Below, one piece after another: positions 41,316 through 51,017 of a stretch of DNA of 64,000 nt. The DNA is taken from positions 62,001 through 126,000 of IMG/VR virus record IMGVR_UViG_3300027759_000046; one strand, written 5' to 3'. The translations under genes were made by a program, and so were the position numbers. Under the pieces are notes generated by a model. That model made no database searches. It was not told the DNA's origin and worked only from the letters and a program-made list of their open reading frames with translations. How positions within the stretch are numbered: position 1 is the first letter of the stretch; each line of letters begins with the position of its first letter.

Positions 41316-41641
41316 TAGTAAATAGAATTGAAAACATGAAAGGCGGTTGGTTCGTTGGAAACTTTGAACCTAGTTGCCATAAGACTCCAAATTTTGAAGT
41401 CTCTTATAAAGTCCACGCTCAGAACGAGAACTGGCCAACTCACTATCATACTGAGATAACTGAAATAAATTTACTTGTTAGAGGAACCATGATTTTACAG
41501 GGCAAGACTCTGATTGCTGGTGATATTTTTACTCTGGAACCCTATGAGATTGCAGATCCAATTTTTACAACTGAATGCGAAATCGTCTGTGTCAAAACTG
41601 GATCAGTAAATGATAAAATATGCGTAATCAATGCAAACTAA
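41303..41641 (+). CDS. Cupin, sugar epimerase/isomerase-like
   Basis: GWFVGNF, HYH..EINL. Confidence 0.7.
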   Translation: MHKMIVNRIENMKGGWFVGNFEPSCHKTPNFEVSYKVHAQNENWPTHYHTEITEINLLVRGTMILQGKTLIAGDIFTLEPYEIADPIFTTECEIVCVKTGSVNDKICVINAN

Positions 41642-42527
41642 AATAACCGTAATAGGCGGAGCTGGATTCATCGGATCACATCTTGTATCACTTCTGCTAG
41701 CAAATAATTATCAAGTAATAGTAATAGATGATCTTTCTACAGGATCACTGAGCAATCTTAAAAATGATCTAGCTAACCCTAACCTTTCGTGCTATAAACT
41801 TGATGTTAGTAAATCCGCTATTGCTCTAGCCTCTTTGATCGAAGGCTCATCTCACGTCTTTCACCTTGCTGCCAAGACCTCAGTTGAGGAATCCATGGCC
41901 AGCCCAGTGGAGTACTATACCTCAAATCTAATAAGCACAGCGGTTGTACTTGAGGCAATGAAGCGAGCTGATATCAAACACCTAATCTTTAGTTCAACCA
42001 GTGCAGTGTATGGAGATACTCAAACATTTCCAACTCACGAATACTGCGAACCGTATCCAATGTCTCCGTATGCCCTAAGTAAATTAATGGCCGAGAAATT
42101 ATGCGAACACTATACAACAATTTCAACCGTTTGTCTACGGTACTTTAACGTATATGGAGATCGACCAAACTTAACCGGTTCATATAAACCAGTGATGTCT
42201 GTGTTTCTAGAAAAGGCTAGATCTGGTGAACCGTTGCCCATCATAAATGGAGGTGCTCAGTCTAGAGACTTTATTGCAGTAGAAGACGTTGCTTTAGCAA
42301 ACTTTGCGGCCATGAAAATAGAGAAAGGCCATCATATCTTTAATGTCGGTACAGGCTTAGACATAAGCGTTAAGGAGATTGCTGATAAAATCTCAGAGAA
42401 TCAAATTGATGCAGGCAGTAGGATTGAACCGGCTAGATCTCTTGCAGATATCACTAAAATACAGGTAGAGTTAGGATGGAATCCTGTGCACAAATTCGAT
42501 GAGTGGATTAGTCCTCGTATATCGTAG
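41631..42527 (+). CDS. NAD-dependent nucleotide-sugar epimerase/dehydratase (GalE-like)
   Basis: GGAGFIGSH, HLAA, YALSK (YxxxK), LRYFNVYG, RDFI. Confidence 0.92.
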   Translation: MQTKITVIGGAGFIGSHLVSLLLANNYQVIVIDDLSTGSLSNLKNDLANPNLSCYKLDVSKSAIALASLIEGSSHVFHLAAKTSVEESMASPVEYYTSNLISTAVVLEAMKRADIKHLIFSSTSAVYGDTQTFPTHEYCEPYPMSPYALSKLMAEKLCEHYTTISTVCLRYFNVYGDRPNLTGSYKPVMSVFLEKARSGEPLPIINGGAQSRDFIAVEDVALANFAAMKIEKGHHIFNVGTGLDISVKEIADKISENQIDAGSRIEPARSLADITKIQVELGWNPVHKFDEWISPRIS

Positions 42528-42882
42528 CGAACGAACGACGCCCGTCAATTGAAATATCTAGACCCAATGCAGTTTTGTGAATGTCACCAATATCGTCTAG
42601 TGTAAACGCATTAGCCTTAACATTGTAAAGTTTAGACATCATTACGTAATTTTGAATTTGTAAATTTGCTTCAGCCTCAAGGTTTTCAAGAGGACCTCCT
42701 TCAAATTCAAATAGGTATTTTGTAACATCAAGCCCATATTCTGGCTCACCCAGTACTTCTCCCTTTTTGGTTAACAGTGTCATTCTGATCTGTTCAATAG
42801 TATTCTCAATATTGCCAGATTCGGAAATCTTTTCCGGAATGTAATTCGGATCGCCTGGTGCTCTGAAATAGAAATCTATCAT
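42508..42882 (-). CDS. Baseplate wedge subunit, gp25-like
   Basis: EQIRMTLLTKKGEVLGEPEYG..YLFE. Confidence 0.8.
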   Translation of the reverse strand: MIDFYFRAPGDPNYIPEKISESGNIENTIEQIRMTLLTKKGEVLGEPEYGLDVTKYLFEFEGGPLENLEAEANLQIQNYVMMSKLYNVKANAFTLDDIGDIHKTALGLDISIDGRRSFATIYED

Positions 42883-42884
42883 AA

Positions 42885-43619
42885 TTAGAAATTGACTAGG
42901 AACATCCAGTCAGCTGAATTTTCGCCTTTCATCATTTCCATTACGGTAGTAAGCTCTGCTTCTGCTTTCGTAACTAATGACGTGTAGTTTGGTTTTACTC
43001 CACCCGGTAGGTTAAAATCAAATGAAGTTAATAAATCACCCAATCTGATTTTTGCTTTAGCTCTGACGTATCTTTGAAATAATTCGTCCTCGTAAAGATC
43101 TTCAGCTGGTATTTTCTTTGCAACTTGTGCAACGACTGGAGTAGAAGGATTTCTACCCATTATTGTAAGCTTATGAGTATTCTTATTGTAATCGTACGCT
43201 AGAGTATCAATCGTAAAATTCTTTGCAATATCCAGGAATGAGAATAGGACGGTTCGGTACATAAGAGATTCTCCAATAAACGGAGTCAAGAAAATCTCAG
43301 ATCCAATAAACTTGTTATCTGCAAAATCTTTATCAATTGTTCCAAACATTGATCCGCCCTTTGCCTCTTTTACTTGATGAACGAATTGAACGCAATCTGG
43401 CATTTGAATCGTTCTCTCCTTTTTGAATAGTGGATTCGAAAATATTGTAAGAGGTAATAGCAAGTACCTAGGCTCAATCGCATGTCTCCAGTTATCGTAG
43501 AAATATCTTTCCGCAATAGTAATGATACGTACGATTTCCTGTTCCGGAATTGAATACGGTAAGGCCTTTGCAAAAGTTAGTTCGTTTTGAATATCAAGTA
43601 TTAGTTCAGCTTGAGTCAT
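42885..43619 (-). CDS. Neck protein, gp13-like
   Basis: LFQRYVRAKAKIRLG..LPGGVKPNY..AEAE. Confidence 0.7.
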   Translation of the reverse strand: MTQAELILDIQNELTFAKALPYSIPEQEIVRIITIAERYFYDNWRHAIEPRYLLLPLTIFSNPLFKKERTIQMPDCVQFVHQVKEAKGGSMFGTIDKDFADNKFIGSEIFLTPFIGESLMYRTVLFSFLDIAKNFTIDTLAYDYNKNTHKLTIMGRNPSTPVVAQVAKKIPAEDLYEDELFQRYVRAKAKIRLGDLLTSFDFNLPGGVKPNYTSLVTKAEAELTTVMEMMKGENSADWMFLVNF

Positions 43620-43634
43620 TTAATTTTGCTAATT

Positions 43635-44015
43635 TTAAACTGCTTTTTGTGCAGTCTGTGCATCAGTTGTTTTCTGAGCATCCATTTTCTTAGATAGGTC
43701 TAATAATTTACTATCTAAATCTAGTTTCTTAGCATCGTAGTCAACCGCTTTTGGGTCCAGTTTCTTAAGTTCAGCATTAAGCTTATCAACTTCAACTTGT
43801 ATAGCTAAAGAGGCTGTAGATTCATCAACTTTCACAGTTTTTGAATAATCAGGCTCATTTGTATCTAACGGAGTTAAATCAGCTTTCTTTACTTGATCAA
43901 TTGTTTTCTCCTTTTTTACTGGATCTGCTGGTTTTACTGCTAATGCATGCTTCTTAGGCTCAACTAGAGTATTGCCATTTTTAAATTCGTCGAACTTTAA
44001 AAGTCTATTCTTCAT
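43635..44015 (-). CDS. Putative head protein, charged
   Basis: MKNRLLKFDEF CTS-like N-terminus. Confidence 0.5.
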   Translation of the reverse strand: MKNRLLKFDEFKNGNTLVEPKKHALAVKPADPVKKEKTIDQVKKADLTPLDTNEPDYSKTVKVDESTASLAIQVEVDKLNAELKKLDPKAVDYDAKKLDLDSKLLDLSKKMDAQKTTDAQTAQKAV

Positions 44016-44034
44016 TTAGTGTAATATCTTTTTA

Positions 44035-45438
44035 TTATTTATTAAGCTTATTGTTTTCCGCCGATTGATTGAACTTCGCGGTCTCAGGTTCTTCTTTACA
44101 AAAGTCGTCAAACGTTTTAACGGCACGACCTCCAGGATTAGAACCATATCGATCAGCCATAGGATTAGTCTTTAAATCTAATCTCGAATACGGTTGACTT
44201 GTTGTCCATTGAGCAGGTAGACCTCCAACTGGCACATTTACGTCAGTTGGCATTATGTTCTGATCAATTGATTGGTTAAATGAATCAGCCGGCACAGCGA
44301 ATGTACCGTTTTCTTCAACTTGACCGCTTTTAACAATGGCCCATATCTTTTCTTTATCTACTCCATCCGGTAATCCCTTAGCAAAGCTTTCAAAATCATC
44401 TTCTGCGATGAATTGTCGCATTAGCGTACCGGAAACTCCATCAGAATCTCCTTCTTCTTGACCAGCTCCTTTAATAAATTCCGGTCGAACTGTTTCAATT
44501 CGTTGTAATTGCTTTATTCCACCCAACCATTTTTCCATAGCCGCAAATCGCTTCATGTCAGCTGGTAAAGCGTATAAATTTATCTTATTATTCGGTGCAT
44601 CTTGTGTTTTACCAAGGTCTTCAACCCATTCGTATGCGGATCTTACTGGTGTAACCTCAGATAGGTGAATTTGAATATTTGAGTCTTTGCCAAAATATAA
44701 TTCCAAGATAGAGACGGCCATTTCGCCAGTAACTCCGCCTTCTGGTTTTGGCGAAACGAATACATGAAATTCGTCGTTCTCTGCCGCATACTGTTTAATC
44801 ATATCGTAATGACCTGTATGAGGCGGTTTAAATTTACCAGTAAATATCCCAATCTCTTTTAATTCAAGTTTAGGTAAGTGATCTGCTGTAACTCTGTGAG
44901 TGTTTACCGTAATAGGTAATTCTTTTTCAAGCTCTTTTGCAAGAGTCAAATTATTAATATCATCATCGAAGAATTTAAAATCAGTGTAACCCATTTCGTA
45001 AAGTCTTCTAAAAGCTTGCTGTTTCTTTTCGGCAACCGATCCGTGAAATCCTTCAGCTGGATCGTTTACTGCAATTACGAATTTAGGATGAATATCGATT
45101 CCGTTATCTAGAAAGAATTCTCTAATCATTGCCCCTTTATTTCTTGCAGTAACAATACCGACCGCCGTTGAATTTTCGTAAGTATCTTTAAGAATCGTTA
45201 AGATATCCTCAACTAGTTTACCTGCTTTCAAGATCTGAGGATCTTCGAATTGACTATAATTAACTTCGTGATGTGGCTTATGCTCATATTCATTGAACTC
45301 TTGTGGAGTCAGGTGAAATACTTCGCCAGTCTTAGAATCTTTCACAGCGATCCTTGCATTAGTTACAACTAATGTATCGTCTAGGTCAAATATTGTAATT
45401 GATTCGCCACTAAAGGCCATTTCATTAAGTCTTTTCAC
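44035..45438 (-). CDS. HAD phosphatase fused to HxGH nucleotidyltransferase
   Basis: IFDLDDTL, VTAR, FFDDD; GKFKPPHTGHY; likely GTG start (VKRLNE). Confidence 0.75.
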   Translation of the reverse strand: MKRLNEMAFSGESITIFDLDDTLVVTNARIAVKDSKTGEVFHLTPQEFNEYEHKPHHEVNYSQFEDPQILKAGKLVEDILTILKDTYENSTAVGIVTARNKGAMIREFFLDNGIDIHPKFVIAVNDPAEGFHGSVAEKKQQAFRRLYEMGYTDFKFFDDDINNLTLAKELEKELPITVNTHRVTADHLPKLELKEIGIFTGKFKPPHTGHYDMIKQYAAENDEFHVFVSPKPEGGVTGEMAVSILELYFGKDSNIQIHLSEVTPVRSAYEWVEDLGKTQDAPNNKINLYALPADMKRFAAMEKWLGGIKQLQRIETVRPEFIKGAGQEEGDSDGVSGTLMRQFIAEDDFESFAKGLPDGVDKEKIWAIVKSGQVEENGTFAVPADSFNQSIDQNIMPTDVNVPVGGLPAQWTTSQPYSRLDLKTNPMADRYGSNPGGRAVKTFDDFCKEEPETAKFNQSAENNKLNK

Positions 45439-45443
45439 TAATA

Positions 45444-46508
45444 TTATACCTTTATTTTTTGAGAAGCGGTCATCATGCACTCCATTAAGTACTGGTGACA
45501 TTCATTTAAGTAAGATTCGTAGTTCTGAGTCTCGTCTGGTGTCATATCGTGTTTGTGAGCTTCATGAATAAGAACTTCTTCACAAATTCTCTTGATCGCC
45601 TGTTTTGCGCTATCTGATAAGCCTGGCACGTAACTTTCTGGCATTGCTGACCAACACTCATTTAAGAATTGATCGAATGAACCGGATACTCGACCTTCTG
45701 CGAGTTTTTGGTCGTATGCATGAAACGGCACTGATGCGCCTGGATGTATAGTATTGATTGTGTAGCCATGCTCTCTGCTAGTGTATCTGTCCCAGCTAAT
45801 ACCTGTAACATCGTCTAGTGGAATAATTTCACCATTGTCTGCGGTAATTTCTCCAGTCCTTAGATCTAACTGATTAGTTGGATTTGATACCTTATATTGT
45901 TCGCGATACGCATTGAACGTAATCGGTTTCTTTGGACCGTCTTCCCAGTCCTTAATTAGATGAGAGAACACACGGTTATAGTAATTAGGGTCATTACGTT
46001 TCTCTCGGTCAGTCTGCATTGGCGTTTTATTGTAAATTGAATGACTTGGTGCACCGCTTGCTGAGTCAACTTCAGTTGCCTCAATTGAATTGTCCTCAAT
46101 GCTCTCAATCTCCTCGTCTCCACCGAATTTGCTAACTTCTACCTGAATTCGGTATTCAACTCCTTCATGTTCGCCAACTAACTCCGCGTAACCCATACCT
46201 TCGTCCCATTCAGTATACTCAGTGTCTAAATCAAAATCAACAATAGCCTCTTCTCCCCAAACTGTTAGAATTTTTATGAAAGTTTCGCTGTCCGTGATTC
46301 TACGCACTTTGTAACCAGCTGCTTGAATTTCAGCCAGGTCCTCTGGCTTATTACCCATGATTTTGATAACACCAGGTTTACCGGGTTCAGCTAAACCTAG
46401 TCCTTTAAGCCTTTTAAAATTGTCTTGATGTGATTTTGGATTGGCTCCCATGGAGGTAGCCTCTTTATCCATGAATTGAGGAAGTCTTCTTTTGCCGAAT
46501 TTGCCCAT
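45444..46508 (-). CDS. Hypothetical acidic protein, putative head cargo
   Basis: RLKGLGLA motif; internal SFDQFLNE and YESYLNE; TATAAATA upstream. Confidence 0.55.
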   Translation of the reverse strand: MGKFGKRRLPQFMDKEATSMGANPKSHQDNFKRLKGLGLAEPGKPGVIKIMGNKPEDLAEIQAAGYKVRRITDSETFIKILTVWGEEAIVDFDLDTEYTEWDEGMGYAELVGEHEGVEYRIQVEVSKFGGDEEIESIEDNSIEATEVDSASGAPSHSIYNKTPMQTDREKRNDPNYYNRVFSHLIKDWEDGPKKPITFNAYREQYKVSNPTNQLDLRTGEITADNGEIIPLDDVTGISWDRYTSREHGYTINTIHPGASVPFHAYDQKLAEGRVSGSFDQFLNECWSAMPESYVPGLSDSAKQAIKRICEEVLIHEAHKHDMTPDETQNYESYLNECHQYLMECMMTASQKIKV

Positions 46509-46533
46509 TAGTATAACCCTTTTTTTGTAGGGT

Positions 46534-46541
46534 TATTTATA
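46534..46541 (-). promoter_or_regulatory. T4-type late promoter TATAAATA
   Basis: Exact match about 25 nt upstream of the 46508 start. Confidence 0.75.
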
Positions 46542-47301
46542 TGGCGGTGTCGAGGCTAGAAACGACTCCACGTTTAGAAACCGCTAACCCAGCGCAATGG
46601 TTTGCAAATCTAATTGCTGTATCCAGGTTTCGAGTTTTAGCATACGACGCAGCAAGGCCAGCCAGAAATGAATCTCCTGCGCCCGATACGTCTTTAACCT
46701 CAACTCTCTTTTCTGGTGAAACAATGACTTGGCCAACTCGGGCGCCCTTATCTCCGAGCGTAACAATGATCTTAAAGCCAAAATCCTTTATGAATTCTGA
46801 ATCGTGATTTGGATTCTCCCACTCCTTTGAATTAATTTTGATCCATGAGAAGTTTCTGGCCCAATAACCAAGAGGCTTCTTTGTATCTAGGAAACTTACC
46901 TTTGCCACTTTAGCAATTTCTTCAAGAGTTTGAGTACTTAAGAAGCCCTTGCAATAGTCAGAGACAATAACGATATCAGCTTCATAGATTCGGTCAATGA
47001 TTCTGCTGTCAAGCTCTAGGGGATCAACTGGCCCATCATGATCCACTCTTAATAAGATATAGTTAGAAGCTTGATCGACATACCTGTGTTTAACGATATC
47101 ACCACCTGGCTGTTTTATAAATTTAATCTCAGCATCAGGCAATAGCTCGCTAACGTTTGCATAGACGTTTGCCGCCATGCCTCCATTTGTTACCTTTTGT
47201 CCACTCACAAATACTGGAGTTGGGGCCTCAGGGTTAAGTCGTGTGCAGGTGCCGTATTCAAATACGTCTAGGCATTCTTCGCCAATTACTAAAATTCTCA
47301 T
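46537..47301 (-). CDS. hldE: HldE/RfaE heptose-7-phosphate kinase domain (PfkB family)
   Basis: MRILVIG..LD..G...RLNPEAPTPV, GGMAANV, SDYCKG, DVSGAGDSF. Confidence 0.88.
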   Translation of the reverse strand: MRILVIGEECLDVFEYGTCTRLNPEAPTPVFVSGQKVTNGGMAANVYANVSELLPDAEIKFIKQPGGDIVKHRYVDQASNYILLRVDHDGPVDPLELDSRIIDRIYEADIVIVSDYCKGFLSTQTLEEIAKVAKVSFLDTKKPLGYWARNFSWIKINSKEWENPNHDSEFIKDFGFKIIVTLGDKGARVGQVIVSPEKRVEVKDVSGAGDSFLAGLAASYAKTRNLDTAIRFANHCAGLAVSKRGVVSSLDTAI

Positions 47302-47311
47302 GTAAAATAAA

Positions 47312-47701
47312 TTATTTGTTATTGATAATCCTAGTAGTTGAATAGTCTCCAACTCTACTAAAATATATTACTTCGTCCGCCCATTCGGATCCGATTACCT
47401 TTTTATTTTTATATTCTTCGCCGACTACCATCACGGTCGGTCTAACTGACTTAACTAATGAGGACAACACTTCATCACTGTCAAAATTAACAACCTCATC
47501 GACCCATTTTATCGATCTCATAAATTCTATACGAGAGGCTAGTGAATTAACTGGTCGATCTTGACCCTTTAACTCTTTAATGCGATCGTCTGTGTCAAGC
47601 CCAACAATTAAAAAATCGCCTAAACTCTTTGCAAATTCCAAGAGCCTGATATGACCGACATGCATTACATCAAATGTTCCATTAACCCAAATTAGTTTCA
47701 T
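47312..47701 (-). CDS. HldE/RfaE heptose-1-phosphate adenylyltransferase domain
   Basis: NGTFDVMHVGH, GLDTD..LKGQDRPVN, YSTTRII. Confidence 0.9.
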   Translation of the reverse strand: MKLIWVNGTFDVMHVGHIRLLEFAKSLGDFLIVGLDTDDRIKELKGQDRPVNSLASRIEFMRSIKWVDEVVNFDSDEVLSSLVKSVRPTVMVVGEEYKNKKVIGSEWADEVIYFSRVGDYSTTRIINNK

Positions 47702-48638
47702 AGTCTTTAATTTTTTTGGTAAGCGACCTAAAAAAAGGTTCGCTGTCTAGTATATGATTATCTCCAGGATTTAGAAATTCGGCCCTTACGAAACCGCCAT
47801 CGTCCAAATAGTCATGATAGCAGTCAATTAGCCTTGAACCCAGCGAGTATTGCAACATAGACTTAAGAGTCTTATATGCCAACATTCTCTCATCCTCTGA
47901 TCCACTAACGAGCCCTTCGTCTAATTTAACTGAGTCTCTAAATGGAGGCGGAGGCATCAATACTGCAACGCCAAGACCCGGGTACAATTCAGTAAATTCA
48001 GTTACTCTCTCTATAAATCTGTCAAATACGCGACATACTGTATCTTCAATTGATTGTTTTTTTAATCCGGAATTACGTATGATGCTTGTTCTAATATCAA
48101 TTTCACCAAGTAGAAAGAGAGCAAAGTCATTTTCAATAAATGGAATTGATCTATAGAAATCTGTCGTTACCTGCTTACTAAAGCGATTCATCGACAGAGA
48201 AAGATGAGATACTCCTGTGAATTGGCCAAACTCAGCCTTCTTATTCTTAAACAGGTAAGCAACATTTGAATCTCCGATTATCCATACATTTGGAAAACCT
48301 GGTTTTCTGATCTTTATGTCAGTTATTAAAAATGGAACATCAATCACTTGAAGATCGCCTGAGTCCATGTTAATTACTCTTAGCTCTACGCCAAAATTAA
48401 ATTTAGTAGTTAGTTGATTCTCTTGATTTACGATATGCGAATCCGACCTAAACTCTGCCCAATAATTACCACGCGGATCCGTGTTAAGCTCAACTCTTGA
48501 ATATTCGGTTGTTTTGAAAACTCTATCCCATACCTCAATCTTGATTCTGGACTTGGCAGACCCAACGTATTGGAAAAATATCTTAAACAGATCAGCGGTT
48601 CCGTGATTGGAAACCTCGTAGCTGGTTAAGCGAATCAT
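47682..48638 (-). CDS. Protein with C-terminal SGNH/GDSL-like domain
   Basis: IIGDSN, LLGEIDIR, GDNH. Confidence 0.55.
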   Translation of the reverse strand: MIRLTSYEVSNHGTADLFKIFFQYVGSAKSRIKIEVWDRVFKTTEYSRVELNTDPRGNYWAEFRSDSHIVNQENQLTTKFNFGVELRVINMDSGDLQVIDVPFLITDIKIRKPGFPNVWIIGDSNVAYLFKNKKAEFGQFTGVSHLSLSMNRFSKQVTTDFYRSIPFIENDFALFLLGEIDIRTSIIRNSGLKKQSIEDTVCRVFDRFIERVTEFTELYPGLGVAVLMPPPPFRDSVKLDEGLVSGSEDERMLAYKTLKSMLQYSLGSRLIDCYHDYLDDGGFVRAEFLNPGDNHILDSEPFFRSLTKKIKDYETNLG

Positions 48639-49018
48639 TTGACTTGAGAATCGCCCGCCCATACACGATAAGAATCTTGGTCAAAGTGTTCGGTTGAGAC
48701 CTCAAAAATCTCTCCATCAAATAGAGCCTCTAGTTGATGCGGCTGCCCTGGTCGTTGTCGAACAACATCACCTTCGACTAGACGCTGTTCATGCACTTCA
48801 GCAGTTTCAGTATCAATCCAACGATAAAGGAACTCCCCGAAGTTTACATACCAGGTCTCATCCTTAATTAGGTGATAGTGCATTGAGAACTTACAACCCT
48901 TTTTGAACTGTAAGATCTTGCCACAGTAATTTTCATTATTTTCAATAATAATTTCTTTACCCCAGCCTTTGGGTACTTCGCATCCTTTACAGACGCTTGG
49001 CTTGATTTGATGTCCCAT
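48635..49018 (-). CDS. Cupin, sugar isomerase-like (mannose-6-P isomerase type II/lyxose isomerase-like)
   Basis: KGWGKE, FSMHYH..KDETWYV, PHQL, EVST. Confidence 0.8.
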   Translation of the reverse strand: MGHQIKPSVCKGCEVPKGWGKEIIIENNENYCGKILQFKKGCKFSMHYHLIKDETWYVNFGEFLYRWIDTETAEVHEQRLVEGDVVRQRPGQPHQLEALFDGEIFEVSTEHFDQDSYRVWAGDSQVK

Positions 49019-50994
49019 TATTTAATAGATAATTTTTCGTCTTTCGCCTTATACGTGATCACCAGATGATCTCCTTCCTTGATCTTATTGTCAATATAGG
49101 CTTCAGCAATGAGGTCTTCTACGTGTGACTGGATCACTCTCTTTAACGGCCTAGCTCCAAACTTAGGATCATATCCTTTTTCAATCAAGAAGTCCTTTGC
49201 CTGTTTAGTAACTTCAATTGTATACCCGTTTTCTTTAACTCGAGCAGCTAGATCAGCAATATCAATCTCAATGATTTTACGAATATCGTCTTTCTCAAGT
49301 GAATTAAAAATGATAATATCGTCTATTCGATTTATGAATTCTGGCGCAAACTGTTTGCTAATTGCCTTTTGTAAAACTTGATGAGCCAGATCTTTCTGCT
49401 TTTCAATTGAGTCAGCTGTTGCAAAGCCAATGCCTGCACCAAACTCTTGTAGACCCTTAACTCCAACGTTTGAAGTCATGATGATCACAGTATTTTTAAA
49501 ATCAATCTTACGCCCTAATCCATCAGTCATGTGGCCTTCGTCCAATACTTGCAATAGGGTATTAAAAATATCCGGGTGAGCTTTTTCAATCTCATCAAGT
49601 AGAATCACAGAATAGGGTTTACGTTTTACCTTCTCAGTCAACTGACCGCCATTCTCGTATCCAACGTATCCTGGAGGAGCTCCCAACATTTTACTTGCGG
49701 TAAACTTCTCTCCGTACTCTGACATGTCTATTCTGATCAAGGCATCTTCTGATGAGAACATGAATTTTGCTAACTGCTTAGCCAATTCAGTTTTACCAAC
49801 ACCGGTGGGGCCTAGGAACATGAATGTACCGATTGGTTTCTTTTTGGACTTTAGACCTGCTCGAGAACGTTGAATTGCTCGGGTTAATTTTCGGACCGCA
49901 TCGCCTTGGCCAATAACGCTCTGAGCTAACGTAGTTTCCATGTTAGCAACTTTCTCAAGTTCAGAACCTTGTAAACGAGTAACTGGAATACCTGTGATTG
50001 ATGCAACAACTGCTGCAATATCAGCCTCATTTACTTCAAGCCTATTAACTTTCAGAGACTCTTCCCAAAGTTTCTTCTCATCGGAAATTTCGTCAATTAC
50101 TTTTAGAGCTTCGTCTCTAAGCTTAGCAGCTAATTCGTATTGCTGTGATTTAACTGCTTTATCTTTTTTCTCAGTAACTTCGCCTAATTTTTCTTCAAGT
50201 TTCTTAATTGAATCCGGTACAACTACTCCATTAATGTGGACGTTTGACCCAGCTTCATCCATTAAGTCGATTGCTTTGTCTGGTAAAAACCTGTCCTGAA
50301 TGTATCGATCACTATAGGAAACGCATGCATCTAGTGCATCATCGCTATAGTGAACAGAGTGGTGATCCTCGTATTTGGATCTGATATTTTCCATGATTTG
50401 ACGAGTTTCGGCTGAGCTAGATGGATTTACCAAGATTTGTTGAAATCTACGATTAAGTGCTCCATCTTTTTCAAATGATCCACGGTACTCATCGACTGTT
50501 GTTGCACCAATGCATTGAATCTCTCCACGGCTAAGTGCTGGCTTCAAGATATTAGCCGCATCTAATGAACCGCTCGCAGAGCCAGCTCCAATTAGTGTAT
50601 GAATTTCGTCAATGAATAGAATAATATTTGGGTTCTGTTGAACCTCTTGAATGATTTGTTCCATGCGCTCTTCAAACTGACCTCGGTATTTTGTACCAGC
50701 GACCAAGTTTGCAAGCTCAAGAGAGATAATCTTCTTATCGAACAGGACTCTTGGACAAGTTCGGTCAATAATCATTTCAGCAAGACCTTCGACTATTGCA
50801 GTTTTACCAACACCAGGTTCACCAATTAAAAGCGGATTATTTTTCTTTCTACGTGCCAAGATTTGGCTGCATCTCTTTATCTCAGCAGATCGGCCAACGA
50901 CCGGATCAAGCTTGCCTTCGAACGCTAATTGCGTTAAGTCCTTACCGAAGGAATCCAACATTGGAGTTTTACTGTTTTGCGATTGTTTTGCCAT
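49018..50994 (-). CDS. clpC: ClpC-like AAA+ ATPase lacking the N-terminal domain
   Basis: Two Walker A motifs (GEPGVGKT, GPTGVGKT), UVR-like M domain, IGF loop. Confidence 0.9.
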   Translation of the reverse strand: MAKQSQNSKTPMLDSFGKDLTQLAFEGKLDPVVGRSAEIKRCSQILARRKKNNPLLIGEPGVGKTAIVEGLAEMIIDRTCPRVLFDKKIISLELANLVAGTKYRGQFEERMEQIIQEVQQNPNIILFIDEIHTLIGAGSASGSLDAANILKPALSRGEIQCIGATTVDEYRGSFEKDGALNRRFQQILVNPSSSAETRQIMENIRSKYEDHHSVHYSDDALDACVSYSDRYIQDRFLPDKAIDLMDEAGSNVHINGVVVPDSIKKLEEKLGEVTEKKDKAVKSQQYELAAKLRDEALKVIDEISDEKKLWEESLKVNRLEVNEADIAAVVASITGIPVTRLQGSELEKVANMETTLAQSVIGQGDAVRKLTRAIQRSRAGLKSKKKPIGTFMFLGPTGVGKTELAKQLAKFMFSSEDALIRIDMSEYGEKFTASKMLGAPPGYVGYENGGQLTEKVKRKPYSVILLDEIEKAHPDIFNTLLQVLDEGHMTDGLGRKIDFKNTVIIMTSNVGVKGLQEFGAGIGFATADSIEKQKDLAHQVLQKAISKQFAPEFINRIDDIIIFNSLEKDDIRKIIEIDIADLAARVKENGYTIEVTKQAKDFLIEKGYDPKFGARPLKRVIQSHVEDLIAEAYIDNKIKEGDHLVITYKAKDEKLSIK

Positions 50995-51017
50995 GTATAT
51001 GTATTGTAGTTATTTTA

